Origin: Podarcis tiliguerta
Lineage: Eukaryota
Reading direction: 5' to 3' (one strand)
Assembly (NCBI GenBank): GCA_965153285.1
Contig: OZ229115.1
DNA: 64,000 nucleotides
The notes under the pieces were generated by a model, which saw only the letters and a program-made list of their open reading frames with translations, ran no database searches and was not told the origin of the DNA. Below, piece by piece: positions 12,551 through 23,671 of this stretch. The position numbers were made by a program, and so were the translations under genes. Position 1 is the stretch's first letter. Each line of letters begins with the position of its first letter.

Positions 12551-13234
12551 AGAGTCCATGTATGAGTCACCCTGGGACCTTGAGATGAAAGGCAGGCAAA
12601 ATGATGATGATTGATGTGAGCAAGCTGAGATCCAACTAGCTTTTGAGTATTTGTGTGCCTACCCCCAAAAAAGATTAGGATTCAATCAGGTTTCACAATT
12701 CCCAACTGCCATTGTTATTGGACCCCATTTGTCTTGGTTTATAATCCTACATTGTGATCTGCACTAACTGAAGTAATTGTTTCAAGTGTGTGCATGTATG
12801 TGTGTATGCATGTACACACACACAGAAAGACACACACGCACACACACGGCATATGCTGACTAATGAATGTTCTCTTTCCAGTGTGTAAGAGGTGCATGTG
12901 AATTTGCTAGATCATGCTGATCTGATAGAATGCCATCAGCCTGACAGAGTTCTTTATGACAATTCAATAGCTGGAATAGATTCAATAAATATTCTGAGCC
13001 CTGTAGCTCAGAACACATTATATACTCATCTATTGCTGGACTCCTATGGTTGTAACTATTGACAGTTGTTTAAAGCAAGCAACCCTGTGCCATTCTGTAA
13101 TGTCATTCCACAGCAATGTGATTTACATATACCAGGTGTAAGTGGTAATATCTGCTTGAGATATACAATGATTTTTTTTTTTGCTTTTATATCAAAAGAA
13201 GAGCAAATCTGACACCCAAATGGTATTTTATGAC

Positions 13235-13238
<4 letters not shown>

Positions 13239-13313
<75 letters not shown>
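13239..13313. repeat. Compound (CT)n(GT)n microsatellite
   Basis: Seen directly; explains the SLSL/CVCV ORF 13181..13441. Confidence 0.95.
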
Positions 13314-15703
13314 TTATGTCCACACGGCTGTGCAGAAAGCCCAATGCCACCTTTATTTACAGTCTGATCCGAAGAGAAATCATTCTGCCGGTTTCAGGAG
13401 ATGCAACCACATTTCTGTCGGGGCAGAATGAGCAACACTGACATTTATGAGAGAATAGATGTTTCTAAATGGGTGTCGTATCAGCATGGCTCTTGTTACT
13501 TTTCTCCTTTTCCTGACATTCAGAGATGCTTTGAAGACAGCAGAAGCTTTGATTTGAGTCACACCAAATATATTGTTATGCCCATCCCAGTTTTCTGAAT
13601 GGGGAGACATTCTAGGGGGCTGGAGCACTTACTCAGGTTGGGGTTCCTTTGGAAGGAAGTCACTGGAAGTATGTCCAGCCAGCATGTTGGAGAAAAAACA
13701 ACCTGATCTGCACTTTCCAGACTAATATATGGATTAGGGCAGTTATCCTTTGGTTTTTGTACTTTTCCAGCAATACAGTTCTTGGCTCACAAGATGCATA
13801 TAAAATGCTTAGTTTTAGGCGACAATGCATACTAACATCCATGTTTTATTATAAAATGTGTACATGTATATTTAAGGATAACATTTGTATAAAAATGTAT
13901 TTTTCTGTGTTCCCCCCCCCCCCTAAAAATTGCAGATTGATGCAGACATGGGGTGGGATGAACCTATGAATGAGTTTGGATGGCCATCTCTCATGGATGC
14001 TCTGAGATTCCTGCATTCTAAGGGGTTGTAAGAGATGACCCTTGAGACTTTATAACTTTATAATTCTATGAACATATGTGAAATTGGTGCACATCAGAAA
14101 TAGGTTTATAAGCCCCACCATCTCTGACCACCTGCCATGGTGCAGATGTATCACATCTGCCGCTGAGGTTCTTTTGTGGTCTCTATAGACATGAATGAAT
14201 CTGGGCATATCATCTGGGTTTGATGATGTTAGAAAACAAGAAGAGCAACATAGCCCAGGCAATGTCTTCATAAAGATTTGGGAATTTTCCCGTATCAGTT
14301 TTAATAGCTAGCTCAGTTCTACTGAAAAGGGGGCCTGGCTGCTTGATGCATGCTGACTTTGAGCTCCTATCCATGACCATTTAACTCCACAGCTTGCCAC
14401 CTGAGCCTGATCTGAGATAAAATCACACCTACTCCATCCTTACCATGCATTTGCATTTAAAGTATTTATAGTTCAGCTTTCACCAATACAGATGATCAGG
14501 GCAGGGTGCAGAACAGAAAATTAAAAAAACCCAGCCAAATAAATCTAAAAATAAACAACAATGCATCCTGAAATGCACCACCAAACAAATAAAAACAGCT
14601 AAAACATTTATTATTAAGACAACATGCCTCTGAGGAAACATTATACCGTATCTGCTTCTCACTGCCTGAATTTCATCACATGTTTCTGTTATTTGTCCAT
14701 ATGAGTGAAGGCTTTATGCCATCCCTTTGTGAGGGAGGAGTTGATTCAGCAGGAAAAAAATACCATATATTAGAACTCTTTGTGATGTGTAATAGCGCTC
14801 ATTTTTAACTTTACCAAGCACTCTGTCAGTTTAAGTGATGGCAACGCGGTACATTTTAGATAAGGAGAAGAAATTAATTAAAGAGAGAAAAGGAATTCAA
14901 CTTCCTCGGCTAGGATAGCTTCTCCCAAATTTAATCTGGATCCCATAGGCAATCTTGTCTCCTTGCTGCTTGAATCAGTGCCAGTTCTCCATTCTGGCTG
15001 TGCCCCTCAAAGGCACTTCACTTTATGAGGTACTTTGCCAACTTGAGGACCGTAGCCTGAGGAAGCAAATTATGCTCTTTTCTTCTTGGTTTAACTGGCA
15101 TTAACTCATCGTGGACATTGGCTGTTAAGCTGTTCATGCTGGTGCAGCTCTACAGGCATGGCCTGGAGATAAGAAAACATCGAGAACATCTTCAAGACAG
15201 TTCATTCTCCTATAAGGCTAGGATATTTTTCCTTCAGAAATTGGATCAGTTTTGTCTTAGCTACAGGCCAGTTACTTTATTTCAGAAACTCTGCTGAGCA
15301 TGCTCCGTGAGCTTTCTGGGATTAATATGTGAGAGTGGATTTACTCATCAAAGAGAATTGTCTTTGTAGCTGCTGAATTGAATAAGGATAACACAAGAGT
15401 GTTCTGTGTGCTCCAGGATATTTTTAGCTATGATAAAGCAACATGTTGTGCTTCTAAGGACAGAGGGAGAACAAATCTGGAGTACTATAGTGAGAATGTT
15501 TGGAAGGGAAGCATGGAATTAAGAGAAATGCTCTCATCATCAAGAAAGGCTAGCCAGTCAATGACATGGATTGGCAACAAATTTGGAACAAAGGGAAGTA
15601 AGTACTGTAGTGGAGAGCCAGAGAGCTCTCTCTCTGTTTGGGAAGATGCAGATCTCATGCCTTCAAATATGAGGTATGCTCACCTGAGCTCCAGTTTTGA
15701 AAT

Positions 15704-16109
15704 TTGTTGTTGTTTAGTCGTGACCGACTCTTCGTGACCCCATGGACCAGAGCACGACAGGCACTTCTGTCTTCCACTGCCTCCTGCAGTTTAGTCAAAC
15801 TCATGCTGGTAGCTTCGAGAACACTGTCCAACCATCTCGTCCTCTGTCGTCCCCTTCTCCTTGTGCCCTCCATCTTTCCCAACATGAGGGTCTTTTCCAG
15901 GGAGTCTTCTCTTCTCATAAGGGGCCAAAGTATTGGAGTCTCACCTTCAGGATCTGTCCTTCCAGTGAGCACTCAGGGCTGATTTCCTTAAGAATGGATA
16001 GGTTTGATCCACTTGCAGTCCATGGGACTCTCAAGAGTCTCCTCCAGCACCATATATCAAAAGCATCAATTCTTCAGCGATCAGCCTTCTTTATGGTCCA
16101 GCTCTCACT
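15704..16109 (-). mobile_element. BovB (RTE) LINE 3' fragment
   Basis: Minus translation 'ESWTIKKA..RIDAF.IWCWRRLLRVPWTA...LEKTLMLGKMEGTRRRGRQRTRWLDSV' and (CAA)n tail are diagnostic of BovB. Confidence 0.92.
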
Positions 16110-16198
16110 CAAACGCCAGCCAATTAAAAAGTGTCTAAATCAGAGCCCCTCCTGATTAGCCCTAGGCATGGTACAAAAATATAAATTGAAACCAATAT

Positions 16199-17225
16199 TT
16201 GTTGTTGTTGGCATTGTCATGAAAGAGAATGGAGTGTGCCTCCAGGGGTGAAGTCAAACCGCTGCATTAGCAGCACTGAAGTGACCTCATTGGAGTGCAA
16301 ACTTGGGCTGCGTGTATGGAGACCTTGGGCTGCCCAGACGACAAGACCCCTCCCTCAGCCTCGTTGATGTAGTCCAATGGAAAGCAGAGCAGTATGTTTG
16401 GCACCAGCTTGGCTGCAGGAGTTGCCAGAAGGAAGTGTACAAGGTGCCATCCAAGTGTCTGAGAGACTCCACTCTGGATTTGTGTAGGATTTACTCCTTA
16501 GCCTTTTCTTCTCTCAAATATATCCCATAAGGCAGCAGAGGTTTAGGATCAGAGTTTTGCTTTTTCTAGATGGGCTACGTTCCCAGGCTGATGAGCCCCA
16601 TGTGCCCCTCACTTCCCTCAACAGCATGTGCAGAAACCACATTCTTGTTGGTTGGACCTACTATTGATCTTGTCCCCTCAATCTGCCAGAGTCTGTCTTC
16701 AGAGTGGTGTAGTGGTTAAGAGCGGTAGACTCGTAATCTCGTGAATCGGGTTCACGTCTCTGCTCCTCCACATGCAGCTACTGGGTGACCTTGGGTTAGT
16801 CACACTTCTTTGAAGTCTCTCAGCTCCACTCACCTCACAGAGTGTTTGTTGTGGGGGAGGAAGGGAAAGGAGAATGTTAGCCACTTTTAGACTCCTTCGG
16901 GTAGTGATAAAGCGGGATATCAAATCCAAACTCCTCCTCCTCCTCCTCCTCCTCCTCCTCCTCCTCCTCCTCCTCCTCTTCTTCAGATGCTGGAGAAGTC
17001 CCTCACTCACCAAGGGTTTGAGACCCATCAGCTACCCTCACCTGGTTTAGCCGGGCAGTCAGAGTCATTTCCTGGGGTGTAGACACTGTTGCATGTTGAC
17101 AGATTCTATGAGCCACAGGTGAGAGCTGAGTGCAGGATGGGAACTAAAGGTGGACAAACTATCCCAGAAGGAGCACAATGTGTCCCCCACCAGAGGCACT
17201 ACCCCTCCCCTAACACTCCAGACAC
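16199..17225 (-). mobile_element. Non-autonomous bipartite RTE derivative (5' UTR-like region joined to short 3' end), interrupted by a Squam3 SINE
   Basis: Minus strand has RTE-5'UTR-like 'cccatctagaaaaagcaaaactctgatcctaaacctctgctgcc' and ends '...ccattctctttcatgacaatgccaacaacaac'; no ORF. Confidence 0.5.
16703..16984 (+). mobile_element. Squam3 SINE with (CCT)n/(CTT)n tail
   Basis: Same consensus as 6467-6710; the tail explains the poly-Arg ORF 16699..17028. Confidence 0.88.
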
Positions 17226-17304
17226 CCCAATCAACCATAATGATAAAAACTATAAACCAATCAACATAATTATAATTAGAAATATTAAAGAAGTAGATAA
17301 ATTA

Positions 17305-17494
17305 CTTCCTGACAGTAAGAGCTGTTCGACAGTGGAATTTGCTGCCAAGGAGTGTGGTGGAGTTTCCTTCTTTGGAGGTCTTTAAGCAGAGGCTTGACAA
17401 CCATATGTCAGGAGTGCTCTGATGGTGTTTCCTGCTTGGCAGGGGGTTGGACTCGATGGCCCTTGTGGTCTCTTCCAACTCTATGATTCTATGA
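17305..17494 (+). mobile_element. CR1 LINE 3' end
   Basis: 'ttggactcgatggcccttgtggtctcttccaactctatgattctatga' CR1 terminus; nearly identical, inverted, to 60519-60710. Confidence 0.9.
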
Positions 17495-17499
17495 AATTC

Positions 17500-17797
17500 A
17501 CCCCCTTCATGGATCAGTGCCTTGTCGTGGCGAAGAGGCTTCACTACCCCAAGAAGCAGTGAGCCATGCTGTGCAGGGCCACCCAAGACAGACAAGTCAT
17601 AGCCAAGAGTTTAGACGAAATGTGATCCACCTGGAGAAGGAACTGGCAAACCATTCCAGTATTTTGCCAAGAAAACTCCATGGACATAAAAAAAGGAGAA
17701 GCTCTGAGAAGAAAGTGAGAGTTTCCAAGGCATGCTCTGTTTCATGGGGTCACGGAGAGTCAAATATGATTAGGATGACTAAACAACAAGAAGAAGA
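17500..17797 (+). mobile_element. Internally deleted BovB derivative (Bov-A-like bipartite element)
   Basis: BovB 5'UTR 'atggatcagtgccttgtcgtggcgaag...ggagaaggaactggcaaaccattccagtattttgcc' fused to the BovB 3' end 'catggggtcacggagagtc...gactaaacaacaa'. Confidence 0.75.
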
Positions 17798-20245
17798 TAA
17801 ATTCACAGCACCAGCAACAACAATAATAATAATCAAAATCCAGCCACGTTGTCAACCCATAGATTGTTGAAATAGGTAGGCCTTTAATTGATGCTGAAAG
17901 CTCATCAGCACTAGGGACATTCTATAATCAGGGCACCCTCACAGAATAAGCCCTTTCCTGACTTGCCACCTAACAGATGTCCCTTGGATGCAGAATAACC
18001 AGAAGGTCGTCAGCTGCTGATCTTAACACATGGGGCTGTGTACAGTCTCTGTTTGTGTATGTGCTTAAAAGGAAGCTGTGAGTTCTAAGCACTTCACAAG
18101 GGTACAATAGAGAAAAGCTGGCGTTCTGTCATCTAATCCAGGTTTTATTCACAAGGTCAAAGTAAATGGTGTCTAGTTCCTTAGCTGAACTTTGCAACTG
18201 AAGGAAAGAGGCCACAGACAGACAAAAGGCAGAACCCTCCCAGGACTCACATAATCTTACCTGCTGAAATCTCTTCCTATTATGATGCTGATCATCTTCA
18301 TTCCTGTTCAGAACAGAGCAGGGCATTGGGGAATGAAGCAACATGAATGGACATCCCTCGTATAATCCTGTGAGAAATTAATTAGTCAGTGTTTGTAATT
18401 CACTCAGTGCTTCTCTGATGAAAGGTGCCAAGAAAGAGTAAAATATTATTATTATTATTAGAAATATCCCACATGGAAAATATTGTGTGTATATAGATGA
18501 GTGATTTACATCGATTTACATATAATTTGCTCCTCGTTTATTTAGCTATAAAGGCTGTATAAACTAAGATTTAAAAATCACTTTACATAATATCTGTAAA
18601 CTAAAGCAAGCAAAATTATGCACCAAGAATAATTTATCCAGCAAATTTTCATTCCTTTTGTGTTCACGAGTTATCTATGAAAAGACTTTCAGCTTTATGA
18701 ATTTATCCATTATTCATAGACATTTGATAACACTTTGGACAAACTCCTGGATTGGTGTGCGTGAGTTTAGCAACCACTGGCAGCTAAGAAGCTGTAGTGA
18801 CCTACATCCATGGCAGATTAGCCTCATTGTGCAAACAAATTTCTGAGCTGTCTGTTGACTTCTCACTGATAAATTAATTGATGAAAGTCAAATTTTGTAC
18901 CTGTTTTGCTCTTCAGTGTGTATGAAGATGAGACTCTACAAAGTACATATTCAGGATTACTTTAGACACAATTTTCAATCTAAAATAAAATTAAATTGGG
19001 GGAAAAAATGGCCATTTGTTCCCCAATCAGGAAGGGGAAAGGACATGTCTTTGCTGAAACTGCTTTGAGGAGGGGCAAATCCTACTGTGATAAAAAAAAA
19101 GTTTGTCAGTAGAAATTCAACTGGATTTATTTATTTATGTTATTTCATACCATTTATTTGTGACTTGATTGTAGGGGGGTGGGACTCAAAGCAGTTTGTA
19201 GGGAGAGATGTAGGGTTGATAGAAAAATACCCAGATTTTATCCAGTCTCTTTCAGTGTTTGAATCCAGCTTTTAGCTTGAACTGTTTTCTGCTACAATTT
19301 ATAATGTGCTCATTATACAGCATCATTATTCCAATTGCTCACTGATGAGAGCCAATGAGTCACTCTTATGGGGTTGGGGAGCAACTTGGATTTGTTCCTG
19401 AAGTCAACAAGTCCATTAAGACTATAAAGTCACATTAAGAAGCAAACTGTATATTTGCATTTCTTTCTTTCTTTCTTTTGGCAGGGAGCTGCAATGTCAT
19501 TGGGCTAGTTACAAAAACTGAACCTCCCTAAATAGCTAGTGATCTGTTTGTTCTCATAATTATTTGAGGGCGTAATTTATTTTTTAAAACTGAATTTTGG
19601 TGAGGTAATACATTGCATCCAGAAGAATCTCAAAATTCTGTTACATTATTGAAAGATCATCTCTTTGCTTGAATACCACGGAGCTTCAAATTCCACCCTG
19701 TGCGACAAAAATCAGGGAAGAACAAAGAACGCTGGATGACCAAAAAACTTGTGGAAACCTTAACTATCTCATTTGAAATTGAAATTTGAAGTGCCAAAGT
19801 CTTGAAATGGACACAGCCAATTAATAACACCTCTCTCCTTCTACTCCTGAACTCTTTTTTTACCGTGTGTGGTGCAGAATACAATGTGAAGGGTTGTCTA
19901 ATGATCCAAGGAATCAGAAAGCTCTCCAGTGGTGTTAGAGACAGACAGTGAGGTCCAGATAGGCTGGTGCTTAAATTCCAGAGCAAGTGGACAAGGGTCC
20001 AAAGTGTCAGAGGAAGATGACATGGTCTAGGATGGACTAACAAGGGAGCATGGAAAGTGAGTTTAACCCTTTCTTTCAGACTGGAGACCAACCCTTAAAA
20101 GGGTCTTATATGAGGCCAGCAAGGCCCCTATTGACTTTCCAGGTCACCTGGTTCCTTTAATTGCAATCTCCCTTCTTATCACTGTCAATGTGGAGCGGCA
20201 AGGCTCACGCCAGCCAGTTCCGCTACCTGTGAACAGAATGCTTTT

Positions 20246-20425
20246 GGAAGGGCTGTAACCGAGAGGTAGATCACATGTTTTGCATGCAAAAAGTCAGGTT
20301 CAGTCCCTGGCATTTCCAGGGCTGGAAGAGAATCCTGCCTGAAACCTTGGAGGTGTTAGAAACCCTGGTCAGTGTCAATAATAGATGGACCAACAGTCTA
20401 ACTCAGCATAAGGCAATTTCCTGAG
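20246..20425 (+). mobile_element. Squam2-type tRNA-derived SINE (degenerate)
   Basis: Head 'gggctgtaaccgagaggtagatcacatg...ggttcagtccctggc'; body 'cctgcctgaaaccttgga'; tail 'gatggaccaac...actcagcataaggcaatttcct'. Confidence 0.7.
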
Positions 20426-20798
20426 CTCCAATGTCCCATTATGTAAGCACTGACACAGATAATGGTAAGGGTTAACCAGGGTTATAACTTATACAGATTG
20501 TTTACTCAGAAACAAAAATCAAGGCTGCAACAGGGAAAACATGCAACTCGGCTTTACTAACAGCAGATAGCAATAATAAAATCTGTTTGCCCACAAAGCT
20601 GCAATACATTTGCATACAAGACTCCAAGCACAACAGGGGAAACTTGCTGAACAAATACGGCTCACTGTACCTGAACCTTTCATTTCAAATAAGGGGAATG
20701 CCAATCCTCTGATATTTGGGTGAAACCAAGACTTGGCGTTTCCCAGTTATTCTAAGACAAGACTTCACTGATGGAACATTGATCCTATGATTCAGTTT

Positions 20799-21096
20799 GG
20801 GGAAGGGCAGTAGCTTAGTGGTAGAGCATCTGCTTTTCAGGCAGAAGGTCTCAGTTTCCATCCCTGGCAGGGTTGGGAAAGATCCCTGTCTGAAACCTTG
20901 GAGAGCCATTGCCTGTTCATGTAGATCAGTGTTTCCCAAACTTAGGTATCCAGGTGTCTTTGGAGTACAACTCCCATCATCCCTAGCCAGCAAGACCAGT
21001 GGTCAGGGATGATGAGAATTGTAGTCCAAAAACAGCTGGAGACCCAAGTTTGGGAAACACTGATGTAGACAATGATCTGTATAAGGAAGCTTCCTA
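20799..21096 (+). mobile_element. Squam2-type SINE interrupted by a hAT MITE
   Basis: Head 'gtagcttagtggtagagcatctgc'; body breaks at 'atgtagat' and resumes 'atgtagacaat...tataaggaagcttccta'. Confidence 0.75.
20927..21062. mobile_element. hAT (Charlie-like) MITE, 136 bp
   Basis: Perfect 17-bp TIR CAGTGTTTCCCAAACTT/AAGTTTGGGAAACACTG; 8-bp TSD atgtagat/atgtagac. Confidence 0.9.
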
Positions 21097-21990
21097 CTTA
21101 CCATCCTGAAATCAACTTGTAAAAGCCTAAATGCAATATTAAATCAACCCAACTGAAGCTAACTCTCTTAGACAATTCTCACTTAACTGCCCCTTTATCT
21201 CTCCCCACTTGTATAAACCATTTTCCTGCGCAATGTTTCTTTCCTCCACCTTTTTTTAATTAAACGAGAGAGATAAATGACCTTATTCTTTGTACTATTT
21301 TCCATTTAAAGGCTGTATTTATTATGTGACATAGGATACTGATATAAATGTCTTTGTAAGCATTTGCCTGAAAGCTGAACCCTCCCATAAAATATGGAAC
21401 AAGGGCCATAGTATTAATTTCAATTAAGATTTCACTGGACCTCCCAGCCATGTGGTGCTAATATCACATACAACCCCTTGCCCCCAGTAATCACCTTCAC
21501 AACTCTTCCACGGGACCATACATCCGCTTTTTCTTACTGTTCCTTCCAAGTTCTGCCAAGTCTGCACAGCCTTTTCAGTTCAAACTATTTTTCACCTGTC
21601 ATCATCTGATCAGAGCCTCATTTCTTAACCACAGGTCACTGACCCATAGTACATCACCCATGCTTGTATTCTATTAACTGCAAGCATAAGCATAATGTTT
21701 CACATGAATTCAGAACAATGGCTTCACGTCTGTCAGGCCCATAAGTGGTTTGCTGGGTGGGTCAGAGTCATGATGCTAGCTTCTCACCAGGGGGTTGCTG
21801 TCCCTTAACAAGAGGGAGATTGGGCAGGGTGAGGAGGAAGGGAACAGACATGGTTCAAACACACCAGCAGGAATGCAAGCTTGGTTCTGCTGGTGCCTGA
21901 GCACCTCAGTAATCCCCCATCACCTTGCCCAGTAAGCAAAAGTGACCCTTCTGGCAAAAAGCAATTGCTGTGACTTCTTCTTCACAGTGG

Positions 21991-22245
21991 GAGAGCCAGT
22001 GTGATGTACTGGTTAAGAGCGGTAGTCTCATAATCTGGTGAACTGGGTTCATGTCTCCGCTCCTCCACATGCAGCTGCTGGGTGACCTTTGGCCAGTCAC
22101 ACTGTTTTGAAGTCTCTCAGCCTCACTCACCTCACAGAGTGTTTGTTGTGGGGGGGGGGAGGCAAAGGAGAATGTTAGCCGCTTTGAGACTCCTTCAGGT
22201 AGTGATAAAGCGGGATATCAAATCCAAACTCTTCTTCTTCTCTTC
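21991..22245 (+). mobile_element. Squam3 SINE
   Basis: Same consensus and (CTT)n tail as 6467-6710. Confidence 0.88.
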
Positions 22246-22654
22246 ACCCAGAGAGCTTCTAGGCAGGCAAATATTCTTACCATCCCAGAAAGGCTTTTGA
22301 TACTTTTAACAGTATGAATGGTGTAACACAAGATGCCTCATCAAAAAGACTAGTTTTGAAGGTGCACAGATGTGAGATCGCTCTCATGGTTGTGCTTGTC
22401 TTCAACAATGTCAAACAATTCAATGGGGCTGACTGCAGGTGGTTGACAATCTATCACACAAGAGATCTTGGAAAAAGCAGGGTTGCAGTAGTTACAGAGC
22501 TACAGTTCCCAGAGTTCCCTGGGAAGAGGGGTTGATTGTTAACTCAGCCTGGGAACTGTCACTCTGTGAAGGTAACAGGGGTCTCCTAAGAACTCTCAGG
22601 ACCTTTAACAAACTACAGTTCCCATGACTGTTAAAGTAGCATCAGCAATTCAAA

Positions 22655-23144
22655 TGTAGAGTGGCACGCCACCTCAGTCTCCAAGCGGTGCGGCGTTCCA
22701 GGGTTTCCTGCACTTGCCCAGGGTGCAGTTAACTTGGAATGAGGGACAGCGCAGACTGGTGTCTTCACAATATATGGTTCATTTATAGCTGAGTTATGAT
22801 GGAGGGGCTCACAGCATCAACGCCCCAGAAGGTCTTGCTTCTTCCATTGAAATCAAGCATGGCTCTCACTATGGCTTCTGCCAGCTTCTAGTCCAGCTCT
22901 CACATACCCTTGCCTTTTTTCTTTCTCACTACTCGCTAGGTGAGGTAGAGGGCCAACACATTTGCCTTCTGACACAGAGCACCTTCCTTTGTCAGACGAA
23001 TAACCATACTTAGGTGGTAATTATGAGCCTTTCCTGGCTCATTCAGCAATGGATTCCTCCATTAGATTCTATCCCTTGGTGGACCCCAAGGATTAGAAGG
23101 GGCTCAGGCATCATGCAGCTGACCCCCACCCCAAATTCACAACA
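22655..23144 (-). mobile_element. Possible solo LTR inserted in a palindromic MITE (~22478-22660 + 23145-23160)
   Basis: The host MITE end 'aaatgta...gtgtggatgtgacc' (intact at ~54910-54935) is split by ~490 bp ending '...cacaaCA'; TSD unclear. Confidence 0.35.
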
Positions 23145-23326
23145 GTGTGGATGTGACCTATTTCATACTTGCTCAGCTACTGTAGTTGTGAGGAAACCAC
23201 TTCTTTAAAACAAAAGTAAGGTGCTAGTCCTTGTGGAAATGGACAAAAATGAATACACACAATTGCATGCTCGGAAGGGGGCGGAATTGTTTTGTTTGAA
23301 CATTTGATTGTTTTAAAGCAGTCTCA

Positions 23327-23671
23327 CAGACTCTCCAAGTGTCCCTGTTTTCCAGGGACAGTCCCAGATTTACAGAAGCCATCCCAGTTTCTGATTTGAT
23401 CCTGGAATGTCCACTTTTCCTTAGGAGGTTCCTATTTTGATTGGAGAAATGTTGGAGGGTATGAAGTTATGTGACCCCCACACCAAGGAGATACAACCTT
23501 TAGAAGACATCTGAAGGCAGTCCTGTATATGGAAGTTTCTTCATGCTTAATGTTTTATTATGATTTATATATGTTGGAAGCTGCCCAGAGTGCCTGGGGC
23601 AACCCAGTCAGATGGGCGGGGAAGAAGAAGAAGATTTCCCTATTTTAATCAGTGAAATTTTGGAGGATATG
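23327..23671 (+). mobile_element. Composite non-autonomous DNA transposon carrying an L2 3' end
   Basis: TIR-like 'cagactctccaag'; two right-end copies 'cctatttt..ttggagggtatg' (~23431-23463) and 'ccctatttt..ttggaggatatg' (~23638-23671) bracket an L2 tail 'agaagacatctgaaggcag...gggcaacccagtcagatgggcgggg'. Confidence 0.6.

Noticed and set aside
16585-16640. CTGATGAG hammerhead-ribozyme core (also at ~19342)
   Set aside because: No correctly spaced stem II + GAAA + stem III could be built by eye.
17907-17923. RE1/NRSE-like TCAGCACTAGGGACATT (and a weaker match at ~54690-54708)
   Set aside because: Mismatches at key right-half positions, and both lie in probable repeat remnants.
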